NCBI GenBank assembly: GCA_965655095.1 | Contig: OZ296650.1 | Location: forward strand, 21,824,001-21,888,000 | Source: Haplodiscus bocki | Lineage: Eukaryota | Direction of reading: 5' to 3' | Length of the DNA stretch: 64,000 nt | In this document: piece by piece, positions 39,801 through 52,464 of the stretch | How positions within the stretch are numbered: position 1 is the first letter of the stretch | Layout: each line of letters begins with the position of its first letter | Program-made: the position numbers and the translations under genes | Notes under the pieces: generated by a model | What the model saw: the letters and a program-made list of their open reading frames with translations, nothing else | Database searches by the model: none | Told to the model about the DNA's origin: nothing

Positions 39801-42800
39801 ACTAATGGAAACGACAAATTTTTGGAAAATGCTCCTGAGTACATCGATGGCCTTCCTCAAGCGGAGAATACCTTTCAGTCTTCCCTCAAAACTGTTCCAA
39901 AAAGCCTAGTCTTCTTCGTAGACTTCCAAAACGTCTGCTTCCCGAATTTCTAAGACGTATAGCCAGCGAGAACGTGAACTCCTCTTTGCACAACACCGAC
40001 GCGAGGATATTGAGAGACAGAACGAAAGTATGTTTCGTCTGGCTCAACTGAAGCTAGTAGTTGACCTCGCAGGAACAACAGCGTCTGAAGCAGGAAGAGC
40101 AGCGAATGGTGAAAGAACAAGCGTTCATGCTTGCTGAACTTGAGGAAGATAATGGACGGAAACTGGCGGAAACATTGACCGAATTAGATTTCGGAGATGT
40201 GTTAGAAGCCAGCCAATCGTTGCGAGGCATTGTCTGAACTTAGTGCGTCACAGTCAGAGTGTTATCTCTATCAGATTGACTAACTGGGCAACTAACGCCT
40301 CAACTGAAGTCGCAAATCAACTTGGGCAGGTACATGGCTCTACCGTAGAGTAGGAAACATGCGTAGCTCAGGGCGGATTGCAATTGATTTTAATCTTTAC
40401 ATCAGCTGCAGTGGCTCCAGGGTTTCGAAGCAATCTCGAACAGTTTCTTCCAACTGCTGCAAGAAGACGCCTTGGTTCTCTAAAGAGGATTCGTTCAAAG
40501 GTTTTGGTATACCTAACAGTACACCGCCTTTCGTTATTGTTCATAAGCCCACTAATTCGAATCAGACATCGTTAAACAATGCTAAATACTCTGTGCAGCC
40601 GAATGCCACTCAACCGCAAAAAATACCCAATCCGGATTCTGTGCTATTGATGGCTCAGCAGATATCCACTTCGCAGCCAACTTCAAGTTTTACCGTGCAC
40701 GCCAACCTTTTCTTCCAAACCTCTCAGCATCGAGATTTTCCTCAACAGCAAGAAGTTCAGTGCCAAATACTGACACATCTCGGTTGGCTTCGCAAGGTTT
40801 TTCAAGAGCACCAAATATCACTACTGGAAAAAACAATAGTTTCACAAGTGGTTGCCGTAACAAGTGGTGGTGGTACCAGGGTTTACAAAAAAGTGTTATT
40901 TTACAAAAAAATATATTTTCAACGTTCAGTTTTTTTTGTTTCCCGATAATTGCTCATGAACTCAACAAATGAATGAATAATTGACTTTCAGAAAATGAAA
41001 AATAAATCTTTTTTCGCCGCATATTTAAGTATGCAAGAAAATTTTTTCATTCAAAATAGTGGGGACGTTTCTTTTTTTCATCAGTGTATTTTTCCAACTA
41101 TTTTTGTTTTCAACTAAATGGTTTCGGCTGTGGGGTTAGGACAACCTTTTCTCAAGCACTAGGTCCGGGTTCGAAGCTCTGTGGGTTCAAATTTTCGAGA
41201 TTCAACTGAAATTTGTCCAAATTCAATGTGTTCCCATGGCACAGTGACCGCGGGCAGGACAGCAGGGTTCAGAAGTGGTAGGTACGCGATCGAATCCCAG
41301 CTTTTATCTTCATTTTTTGAATTTAACTGTTAATTGTCTCATTTTTAATTGTTTGCGAAGTTTGATCATAATATTTGTAGCTGGGCGAAAAATGTGCCGG
41401 TGGTAGCCGGCGGTCTTGTTTTATCATTCAATCATCGTTCAGACATATTCGGCAAAAAGCAAGTTTCGCAATTTTTCAGGCATGAGCCTGTTCCTCAGTG
41501 CAGAATGGACAAAAGCCATATTGCTATAGATGCTCGAAGCCAACCCCTGACAGAGTCAAGATTTCGCCTCGTACTTGTCATGTCTTATCGGAAAAAAAAC
41601 ATCTAAATGAAACATGCTAACACTGGGTAGTGCTGTTTAATATTTGAATCCATCATCAGGGCAAAAGATTGTAGATGTTGCCGTTTATCGTTTTTTCAAC
41701 GGCTCCAATGAGCGTTGGAGGACCCACAGTTGCACCCACTGGTTCTCTTTCAACGCTTCGACTGTCACATACTGCTTATAAGGTGCTGTATTTATCCGAA
41801 TTGCTGGCGTATTCAAAGAAATACCATCTGCCCGAGTGGAAACTTCCAATTTAACGGCGATCCTCTGTAATGGCACCAGTGGTTCGGCCAGTTTAGGAGT
41901 GCCTTTGCCTCGGCTCCACTAAAGACAATGTTGAATTGACGTACCTGAAGACTCTAGTGACGCATTGCGAAAACCAATCGCTGAGTTTGCATACTGCAGA
42001 ACTATGTACAAGGACGCTTTGATGACTTTAAAGCAAAAGTTTGGGCAGCCACAGGCAGTGGTGAATGCATATTTGGACAAACTCAGCAATTTGCGGCTTT
42101 TGAAAATGATGACAGTGAAAGTCTAATCGGTTTTTCCGCGACAATCTCTGCCTCGTTTGGACTCTTTCGATGATTGCAGTGCCATCAAGATCTATCCTGT
42201 GCGTCATTCTTAGGCCAAGAAAAGATGTTGTCACCAATGTTGGAAGATTCTTGGTGAGGGCATACGGTAAAGAACTGAGATCGTCTGACCTTACTTGAAT
42301 TCAGTGACTCAAAAGACAAAGCAGAGGCACATGATAGAATAAAACTCTCTGCTGGAAAACCGACCACAGCATTCCATCTGCAATGTCACGAAAACGAAGA
42401 CCGGAAAGAAGTTTTTGGGTTCGACCAGCTCAAGTCTTACCATCAATAGGAGACAAACCCGAAAATACACCCACTAGTTGTATTGCTTGTGAAAAGAAGC
42501 ACCCCTTGTGGCGTAGTCAGGTGTTCCACTAGAAGTCGCCCACCCAGGGGCCGAAACTGGTTGCAGACCAGGAACTTTGTTCGTCGTGCTTGAATGGGCA
42601 ACAGTCGTTCCTTCCGTAAATGCACAAAACCACAGAGGTACTCAAAGCAAGGTAGCTCAAACACTCATTACGTTACTCTAATGCTCCGAAACCACCTTTT
42701 CAGAAAAATGCCGCAAAAAAAGCTGACGGAACCAAAGAAACTATGGTACGGCGAACAATGTAACTGTTGCTGCAAAGAGAGCTCTGGCATGTCTTTTTTG

Positions 42801-45800
42801 ATTGATGTAAAGAGATCTTTTTAGATAACTGAGGTCAACTTCCAATCATCTCCTAAATTTGAAAAAAATCCATCAATGTGATTCTGCATGCAGTTACTCG
42901 TGGATACCTCAAGATTCGGCCCAAAACTTGATTGTGCAAGGCACACCTATGAAATTACCGTTGATGGAAGTAACTCACATTAAACCATTGTTGCGCAAAT
43001 TGTCGGGCTGGAATTGAACCTGGCTCGTTCGGGTGGCGGTTGCCCAGCTTTTGTGGTCAAGTTGTTCGGGAGGAAATGTTGGAACCGACGTAATTGATAT
43101 CGAATCGTTACAAGTCCAGTACCCACTGTTCGAACCGATTCTTCTGAAGTACTTTTTTGTAGGTGTGGAATTGATTCTTGGTCAGGATATGTTCCAGTCT
43201 ATGCGCTCATTGGAGTATGTTCAAACCGTTCAAAACTCCAAAAGCCGTCCGATTAGCCTTGGGTTGGGTACTGAATGGTCCACTCCCCTTGACACCAGGT
43301 CTATGATCGACATGTTTCGAGGCTTTTTCAAGGTGAGACCTGTTCAAAGTTAGCCGACCAACTCCGCAGTTGATATGACATCGAGTCATATGGGGCATAG
43401 TGACGAATCGACCCGCGTTCCGCCGCCGAGGCGCCAGCACAGAAGATTCTCCAAAAAGCCACATTCTACCATTTATCCCGATATCACGTTCGTAGGATCT
43501 GGGCTGATGACAGAAGTATTTTACCGAACAACTAATTTTCCTTATTAGTTCAGCTCAAATCCTTTGAACTGCGTCTTGGAAAAGATACGATTTTATACCA
43601 GCAGTTTTTTAGACTGTCCGTGATGGTAATTCAAAAGGTTCTACCGTCGAAGTCGAGAAGTTCACTCTTGTTAAGACCGACCATCCCGATAGCTGGTATT
43701 TACCACAGCACGCGGTATTTCACCCGCAGAAATCTGGCGGAGTACGACGAGTCCTCCTTGGCACAGCTACATGTCGTAACTATTCGCTGAAAGAAGCACT
43801 TCTAACCGGGCCTGACTTGCTGCACTACTTGATCCATGTGCTACTCCGTTTCCAAAAGCAGTCGTAAGCAGTTTCAGCTGGCATTGAGGAAATTTCTCTC
43901 CAAGTAGGAGTCATTCGGAAAGACCAAACGTCTTTCCGTTTTTTTGTCGCTGCAGGATCTCAAAACTGAGGTTGCAGTGTTTCAGTGCGCTCGTCACATT
44001 TTTGAATTAAAAGATTTACCAACGTGTAATGACTACGCTCTTCAGCAAATTGCCACTGACAGCCAGTGTGAGTTTTCAGAAGCGTCAGAAAGTATCCGCA
44101 AAAGTTGTTATTAGATGACTTTATAGTCAAGTCAGACTGTTGAACAAGCAACCCAGGAAAGCCCTAGATCTCGTGAAGCTGCTCACTTTAGGTAGGTTTA
44201 CACTAACAAGTCTGTGACAAATGTACCAAGCATTTCGTGTCAACTTAAAAACATGGCTGCGAATCACCCGAAAGTGACAATAAAGTGCTACCGACCGTCT
44301 CAGACTCTTCCCATGTCTTGGGTCTCAATTGGAATTATCGAGCTGACACTCTAGTTGTCAGTCGCGGTGCAATTCCAGAGTTTAACAAAGCCATTGCCCA
44401 GCGAGTATTCCTCAGTCGTGTCTCGTCAGTGTACGACCCCATTGGCCTCATTGCTCCATAAACCATGAAAGCCCTGCTCCTGTTGAGGTGCATCTGAAGA
44501 TTGACTGGACAACAATGAGACGATGGTAAGTCATTGTTTCTGGACTGAAGTAAGGATTTACCGCTGTTGAGTCAAATTGAAATTCAGAGAAGTTAGTTCC
44601 AACAACCCGTGGAAATATTAAATTTATATACGAGGACAGCTCGCAAGACGTCTTTGGTGCGGTAGCTTTTGGAAGCAAACTTGTAGCTAAGGGAACCGAC
44701 ACAACCGCATTGGCGTTTCTCTTCCGAAAAACGCAGCTCGTTTAACAATTCCGAAGTTGGAGTTACAAGCTGCTCTGCTGGCATCCCGACTGCGACAAGA
44801 AGTGCAACGTGCAATTCCACTAAATATCGAAAGATGCTTCTTTTGTACAGACAGTACAAACGTACTACAGTAGTTACACTCGCTTGAAAAACAGTCTGTT
44901 TTCATTGCCAACCGTGTGACTGAAATTTTGGGACTGGCGACAGTTGACGAATGGAATGATGTACCGACGGCTGCCAAACCTGCAGACTCCGACAGTCGTA
45001 GATTATCTGCCACTCCTCTGTTCGAAAGCCGCTGGTTGAGAGTTCCTGACTTCCTCAGATGTTCTAACTGGCCATTTAGTCGTTTTCCTGACTTGATTAT
45101 GATTATCAAATCCGGGAATTTCGCACCCGAAATCGAAATGTTATAAGATATCCATGAAATGATGACTTTTAGGGCACATGTCACCACCAATGCATCAACT
45201 TTCGAGTGGCAAAACTGCAGCTCTTACTAGAAGTTTTTGCGCATTGTGGCGTAGGTGTTATGCTTTTTGCCAAAATTCAAGGTAATGGAACCCACAGTGG
45301 GTCTATACCGGACCTAGGCGAGCTCTTAAAAGCTGAACGCTGACTGTTCGCTCTTGTACACAGTGAATCGTTTCCTGCCGAAAAAAACGCTGTCCCCCAT
45401 CAGCAAGGCTTCAGTATTGATAGCTTTTCCACCCTTCATTGGCCCTAGTGAACTGCTTCGTGTTACTGGACGTACCAAACAGTTGGAAATCACAGGTTTT
45501 GACGTGAAACATCCTATATCACTGGATAGTCGTCTCGCTTTAGTGCGTTTATACTTGCAAATATTCCACAACAAGGACTGTCACAAAGGTGTTGATTATC
45601 TGAGGGTCTTGATGCAACAAAAGTTTGCCATTGTAAAACTTTGAACTACTTTGAGATCAATTCAGTCTAACTGCGTCGCTGTCCGTAAATCCAAAGCCGA
45701 AACGCTCAACCAGATGATGGTTGTTGTACCGAAAGAGCGCCTGGTTCTCGGATACCCTCCCTTCACCAACATGGAACGCGACTACTTTGGCCAATTCTAC

Positions 45801-48800
45801 GTGTCATTGAAACGTTCAACTGAAAAACGATGGGATCCTCTTCACTTGCTTAACTACTCGGGCAGTCCATTTTAAAATAGTAGTCATCAATGGACACCAG
45901 TAGTTGAGTGATGGACATCAAAAGGTTAGTCTCCAGGCGAGGCAGTGCCTAAATGGGTCTCCCACTAGTTCCAGCAAATGCCGATTCGACTGATTTGTAT
46001 GTTTTAATCCAAACCCATTCCTGCTGGCTCAGTTTTGTCATCGAATTCGAATATCGATTTCGACCAGAGAAATCATTGCGCGCGTCCACAAGCGTACTCC
46101 GATGCCATCTGGAGTCGTTGGTTGAAGGAGTACTTCCCGACTTTGAAGCGCCAATCCAAATTGTCTTCGGCAGAATGGGACCTGAAATCCTGTGATCTGG
46201 TCTGGATTGTGGAACCTACCAGTCCAAGAGGACACGACCCGCTTGCCCGCGTTGTTAAGTTAACTTGCAGTACTGGCGCCATTGCTAGATCCGCCGAAGT
46301 TAAGACGATGTCCGGAAACCCGATACGTCCAATTGTAAAACTCGCTCCTGTTTTCCCATCACCTGATCCTTTTTAGAATTCCTTTTTTGCCCCTTAGCCA
46401 CAGTAATTCCAAAAACACTTTTTCTTACTTCTCTAATAATGTAAACGCTGTTGGAAAAACGATTAAAAAACACATTTATGTTCTGTTCATTTTTCTGCAT
46501 TTTCTTGCGACCGGAGGTTGTTGCGACGCAAAGTATAAAAAAGGTAGACATATTTACTTTAACTTACAACTTACAAGGAGCGATGGTCTAGATGTACGGT
46601 GTCGGTCTGAGATTCGGAGGTACGCAGTTCGAATCCCGCTTAAGCCAAAAGGGTTCGTATTTCTTAAGAACTCAAATATCTTCAGGTTTTAAATATAATA
46701 CGGTTGAAAATGTCTTGCTATTGATTCAAATGTGTTGTTAGCTGATATTCAATTGTAATTTTTTTATTTTGCCAGTTTGCTGGTTTTTGCTGCGTTGTTT
46801 TGAATTTTTTGGCCGAGAACCGTGACAAAACACAGAATTATCTTTATTCTGAATCCGTATTTCAAATCAAACGAGCTTTATAAAGCCAAAATTGCAGCTT
46901 TTCAATTAGGTAAAGTTATTTTCACATGTTTTTTGCTGCAATTTTTATAGAGAGTGGCAATTGCGCGAGTTGTTCAAATATAAGGTAACGTTATCACGAA
47001 CTCTTTACTTTTGTAGATTTATCCACGTCTGTAAGTACCCAGTCAGTGTAATTTTCCTTTCAAAACTGAAGTACATCTACGTACATCGAATGAATTTGTA
47101 TGAATATTAAGTAGAAATTGCCATCGCACTGCTTGAATGCCTTAGTATTGCATGTATATAGTTGCTATAATTGCATCATAATCGAAATGGATTATAAATT
47201 TGTGTTAATTTCAGTTTTGAAAGCCGCATCAAAGTTCCGCTATGTGCGGGCGAAGCAGACACAGGTGAAGTGCATATAGCCCATGACAACGTGTCTTCTT
47301 CGCCGAAGTTCTTTGTCTTTACTGGAGTGATATCTTTCCTATACGCAATTGTCATCTTAGCTTCCTATGTCTGCATCTCGCCCACTCTTAGTGCAAATAG
47401 TCAACTAGGATACAAAATTGTAAGTTGGTCTCCATTTGTTTCTTGCAATTATTTTATCAATGCATCATTATCTCAGTATTTTCGATTGTGAAAACTAAAA
47501 TGTCAGTATTTGGATACTTTGTTCTAAATTCAAAGTAGGGCTTAAGCTTAGAAGTGAGTTAAGATATTTCCCAATTTGTTTTTCTGATTACTAAAACCTC
47601 AAACTGCTGCGGTGAGTGATGTAGGTCTATAGTTTTCTGCCTTTTCACTATCCTTTTTTTAATTTTTTAATATCGATGCCTGAAAAACTGCTTTTGGTAT
47701 TACGAAGTAAACGAAAATTTTTGCGTTTTTCAATTTCTCTTTCATATCAATTTTAACACATTCTGAAAGAAAGAATGTATATTGAAACCGGCTAATATCC
47801 TGTTTTTTCCTGATCAAAACCTGCTTTATCACTTCATCAGATATATACTAGTGGTATAGTGTAACGAACTTTTTTTGAGACATTTAGTGGGTACTTGTCC
47901 GTTTTCGCGTTCCGAGAAACGCCAATTTTTTATTACACTAACCTGAAAAATGTACGTCAGTGTACCAAAAGTTCATGCTTGTATAACGCACAGAACAGAA
48001 GGAACCTTTTTTTAATTCATCCAAAAATTCTGTACCGTAATGTCAAAGATCTAAAAGAATACTGTCGAGGATATCCGCACTGAAGTTTACACAGCGGTGG
48101 CATTCCTATGCTTCACGATTTAATGTATCATTTCTGCGCCCCTAATCATGAATATATGACACGTGTTTACAGTAATACGCTTTTCTACAAATTCCTTGAA
48201 TGCTGCTCGTCTTCATCCCTGGCTGATATCAAAAAGAATTACTATCGTCTAATGCGCCTCTGCCATCCCGGCAAACACCCTCACATCGCCACCCATATCT
48301 CTCAGCGACTCCTTGAAACTTACAACATTCTTTCTGACCAACGTTCTGGTCAAATTTACGACTGTTGCGGTTCCTCTGCAGTTCTCCGCCGTGACAGCTC
48401 TCACTTCTGCCGTATGTGCAATCCCCGCCCCTTTTACGCGTCGTGTGATGACCTCTGGACCTGATTGTCATGCGAGGACGCATTCCTATAAGATGGGTGT
48501 AATGTAACACACAGAACAAATTGAACCTTTTTTTAATTCATTTTTTTTCAGTCAGTCATTTATCCAGTCCATGTGCATTTTCATTTCAACAGTGCATTGC
48601 GATTCCCTCCCATGACTCAGCCTTTTTTTGTTGTTCATCTGTCCCTTCATTTTACATCATAGCGCTCGCCTGCAATTAAATTGCATTTCAACCTCTCCAG
48701 TGAATTTCCTTTTTTATGTAATTTTTTCGTATTTACTCGCTTGCTTTTTTACTGATGTAATAACTTCGTTTTAAATCGTACCAACCATCATTATGTAATC

Positions 48801-51800
48801 TAATCGCCACCAATTAGTACTTCAAAACTGTGTCACGTGACTATCACGTGATATCTTCGTTTTACTCGAAAACAGCTTTGGAATCTATCATCATCATTTG
48901 TGCAGAAACATCCACTCTGTAAAGCTTGCTACGATGTTAGTTTTTTCTTCACCAAATGAATTCTATTTTCCTCTCAAGAAAAATACGTTTTCAGTTATAA
49001 AAATAGCCGCAAAATTCAAGTCTTAGCCAAAATAATCAAAACAAATAGCTGCCCACGCTAAGGGACGCTATACTTGGAATACCAAAATTTTGCATGAGAC
49101 AGTCTAGCAGGTACTTGTGCATTTTTGCGTTGTTTACTGTGCAAATCTTCTAAACAGTAGGATGCAAAATGGCGCAAGTTAAAAATACATAATTAACAGA
49201 TCAACTTTTCGAGGATGAGAAAACTGGGGCAGGTACTTGTCTCAAATCGAATTTTTTGAACAAACTTTAATTGAAAACTGGTGTAGTTGTTCTAAAAGTG
49301 TTAATCACATCTCCAGTCATAGTTGCGAATGTCTTTCAGGATCTTTGATCTCAATTGGCCAGTCAGATTTTTTTGCGAAGTTTCGCTTCACCTCTGTGTT
49401 TGACAATAAGTGGATTTTTGGTATATAATTTAAAGGTATATTTTTCGGCATAAATGTACGAAAAATTAGACTATACTGGGATTCGAACTCCAGACCTATG
49501 GTTTTGGTACATTTGCAAAGGTATCACATCGAAATTTTGGAGCGAAGCTCCCAAATATTTTCGATCATACATAAAAATTCTCAGGATATTTTTCTTGGAG
49601 AAATACGCAATGTCATACGTGTGGCTCCTACAAATTAATCTGTCAGAAACAAAACAAGATTTTTTTACTTCTTTTGATATAACTTTCAAAAGTCAATTAA
49701 ACAAATCCAAAACTCTAACGATCTTGAAAAATCTAATTCTGAGCACCAAGAAAGAAATCACGCGCAGTTTGTGTCGTACTTAAGTTAAAACTCTGAAAGG
49801 ACTTTGATTTGTCACAGACTTTGAACATTTTTCTGAAGAGTTAGTCTGAGTGTGCTAAACTTACTGCCGATCTCGCGAGACTAAGTGTATTGGATCTATC
49901 TGTACAACCACTCATGTAGATGCCCTGAGTGGCACTTCGGGAGGGCGCTAGGAGGTATCACTAAATTTTCTTCTGATCTATTTTTTCTTTTATTTTTTTT
50001 TGAAAATGAACCAAAAACTGAATCTAAATGACAAGACAAAGTGAAAAGGGTTCATTTTGGGCATCTTGTATAAGGATATTTTGGTTTTTTTCTTGAGTGA
50101 AATTTTTCGATTGGTATTTTTCCGCCTGTAAATTTGTTTTGTTGTCCGTTGAACCTTGTTAACGGTTTAAAAAGTCCAGGAACTTATATTTTGTAGCGTG
50201 GGGTGGACATAGCCCAAGTTTACTTATATTGCACAATGCCATCCCTTGACTGCAGCTTTTTGATGGCCATTTTAGTACTGGCACCCCATTTGGTAATTGA
50301 AATTTGTTACACGTCTGCCTCCTTGTAAACGCGTGTCAACAAGCTAGGTTGCTCCAGAACAGTTATACGTTTTATGTTGTACCTTTTTCAGCCAATTTTG
50401 TTCGCGACCTTCTTTTCCGAAAACTATCAGTATGCCTCATTCCGATATTAAAGCCAACGGACCAGAAATCTTCAAGCGTTCTCTGATGTCTGCGCTATTT
50501 TGATACTTGAGCGCTATTTGGACCCTCTGTACCGTCCTCCAATTCTCTTGAGCGAAATGGAAAAAGCATCTTTTTATATTGACGGCGTTGAAAGAACTTT
50601 GTAATTTCAAATGAACAATTCAACATTTTGTAATTTCAAATGAACTATGCAACGTGAATATTTGCAACTTCGAAATCAGTTATAATTCCATGTTTTTTGA
50701 GCCTTTCTGTTCGTATAAGGGTGTGTACCAGGGGTACTGTTGTGTCCTTAACGTTTCTGTGTTTTGAATAGAGTTGATAGAAGGGAAACTGAAACTCAAA
50801 GTAGCATATGCCACCCATTTGGATCCATGTTCCAAATTCATCTAAGTTAGGAGTGGTAGTAGAATTGTGTAGGGGACATTTGAACTAGCCATGCGCATTG
50901 AACAGCTTTCTTTTTTATCGTTCAGTTCAGGAGGATTTCGAGGAAAAACAAATTTGGTTAGGTTTTTGGCCACATTTTATTTCGCCGAACTCGACTCATT
51001 TGACTTTGATTGCTAGGAAGTGCAAAAGCTTCGTAGATTTGCGGTTTGCTTCTTGCAAGACAACTCCCTGTGCTCCAATGCTCTTTCCGCTAAATGTTCT
51101 TTTTTGCAAGTCTTTGGTTTCACAGTTTGGCCTGGTTGTAATGCTCGTTGGATGATTATTGATTTCGAAGCTTGTCAATTTTTAACATCCGACCGCATTT
51201 GACCGAGAGTTGCCATGTTATTTAATGCCGGACGATTTCCGCTGATATTTCAGGTTCCTGTTATTTTCGCAGCAGATTAAATACCATGCTTCTTCGATTA
51301 CATGTCGCCGCGGCTTGTCATAGATGAAATACATTACTAACTACATTATCCGTGTATTTCGGTCCGAACTAAAAACCGGGTCACAAACTGACCGAATTGT
51401 CCGAAGACGTAATGGGCCGCATTTGATGTACTGGGATCTCTTGCGCAGAAAACAGTCAGGCTGAAAATTGTTTTTCGAAAATCGACTGTAGTTGGAGTTT
51501 TGATTGTTGGGTGGGTGGGTTGTTCCGATAGATCGGACAATTTTCAGATCATTAAAAAAACGTCGATTGTTGAATTTACTGAGATTAATTCGGTTTAGAA
51601 TGTCTCAAGGGTGATTCATTTTTGTTTCAGGATGTTTTTATTCATGTGGTTTTGTGCGTGCTCTGGTTATCGGGCTCCTTTGCGCTCATTAAAGCTAAAA
51701 ATGACATTGAAATGTGGACGAGCTCCAAAGAGATCTTTTCCGCATTGAAAGAATGTGTAAAAGACGAAGATTCGGAAAATAAATGTCGCGTGACATCTGG

Positions 51801-52464
51801 AGCGTCCTACGGGGCTATTGTATTTGCTATTGTAAGTAGAACACTTTAAAGCGCCTCAACCGCCATCCTACAAATTTTCTGTCGAATACACCTTCTGATT
51901 CTTAAATTAAAGATCGAGGTACGGATTCTGAAAATTTCTGGGAGGGTCGATCTGAGAAAGAAGAACGCTTAAATTTACCATGTTTTAATGCAAGCTGAGA
52001 GAAAATTGGTCGAAAATGGCGGAGGTGCCAGGCTGCCAGGCTTCAAATCCCCTTCAAATGCTACCTTGCATTGGTCGAAAACTTTAAGCTGACATAAGGT
52101 AATTCCTTCTCAAAATTTTTGCTGTGATTAATTGGGAATCCGAGAATACTTTTTGGCAGTGTAAGAATGGAAAGCTGAGGCGCCAAGGCAACACTTAACC
52201 ACTTATTCTGAATCGTTTTTGATTATAGACAAATATTTCTGTGAATTGCAATTTGCTGTAGTTAAATTGTATGTTTCATAGGGCATGGGCTTCACCAATC
52301 TGTTTGCTTGGAGTTGCAATGTCTACTTCATTCTGAAGGACACTCCCTGGTTTGAAATTATATCTGATAGATTCGGCGGACCAAAACCGTCAACGTCTGA
52401 TAGATATGCTGCTGGGCGTTCCAACAACATGCATCCAGGGCAACCCGGGGCGGCACAGCCTTAG
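33815..52464 (+). CDS. Synaptophysin/synaptoporin-family MARVEL tetraspan vesicle protein, 6 coding exons, about 259 aa
   Basis: Exons 33815-33820 (MQ), 34159-34224 (FEVLKLPKGFIKFVEI), 34297-34415 (LLAFCTLAAY..FDYPF), 47215-47419 (SSSPKFFVFTGVISFLY), 51631-51831 (DVFIHVVLCVLWLSGS) and 52282-52464 (GFTNLFAWSCNVYFILKDTPW) total 780 nt. All introns are GT-AG and in frame, giving four TM segments and the synaptophysin motifs. The 6-nt first exon is the least certain. Confidence 0.92.
37330..37702 (+). repeat. 5' LTR of the BEL/Pao element (373 bp)
   Basis: Starts TGTTGCG and ends CAGCTTTTTA (CA decayed to TA). Aligns colinearly with 46519-46904 at roughly 80% identity by eye. Followed by a degenerate PBS-like TGCTAGCCATGGAGAGG. 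Confidence 0.9.
40877..41625. mobile_element. Non-autonomous hAT-like DNA element nested in the gag region of the BEL/Pao element
   Basis: Imperfect TIRs (CAGGGTTTACA / TGCTAACACTG) and an 8-bp TSD with 2 mismatches (GGTGGTAC 40869-40876 / GGTAGTGC 41626-41633). The AT-rich interior interrupts gag-like sequence. Confidence 0.65.
46519..46904 (+). repeat. 3' LTR of the BEL/Pao element (386 bp)
   Basis: TGTTGCG...CAGCTTTTCA, preceded by a short purine-rich GGAGG (PPT remnant) and followed by the TSD ATTAG. Confidence 0.92.
46577..46647 (+). promoter_or_regulatory. tRNA-derived Pol III type-2 promoter-like module (A box + B box) inside the 3' LTR; homologous copy at 37377-37447 in the 5' LTR
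   Basis: GGAGCGA-TGGTCTAGATGTA (A box)...AGTTCGAATCCC (B box)-GCTTAAGCCA, with tRNA-like spacing over about 71 nt. Confidence 0.7.
48108..48464 (+). pseudogene. Orphan J-domain (DnaJ/Hsp40) ORF inside intron 4 of the synaptophysin-like gene; HPD motif reads HPG
   Basis: FYKFLEC.SSSSLADIKKNYYRLMRLCHPGKHP...RLLETYNILSD..SGQIYDCCG aligns with the J-domain consensus (YYEILG..AS..EIKKAYRKLA..YHPDKN..AYEVLSD..KR..YD..G). Intronless and embedded in repeats. Confidence 0.75.

Larger units (their letters stand above)
37330..46904 (+). mobile_element. Full-length but decayed BEL/Pao LTR retrotransposon in intron 3 of the synaptophysin-like gene
   Basis: Two homologous LTRs and a 5-bp TSD with one mismatch (GTTAG 37325-37329 / ATTAG 46905-46909). 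Frameshifted remnants of RT (WYLPQHAVFHP, LLTGPDLL, about 43690-43960), RNase H/Pao region (SVYDPIGLIAP, LTIPKLELQAALL, FIANRVTEIL), integrase (PPFTN..DYFGQF, FTCLTTRAVH) and a DUF5641-like tail (ORF 46035-46376, WSRWLKEYFPTL), in BEL order RT-RH-IN. Confidence 0.93.

Noticed and set aside
46577-46647. Functional tRNA gene (also 2720-2778, 28001-28076, 41118-41301)
   Set aside because: Acceptor and anticodon stems do not pair properly and all copies sit in repeats; treated as tRNA-derived modules.
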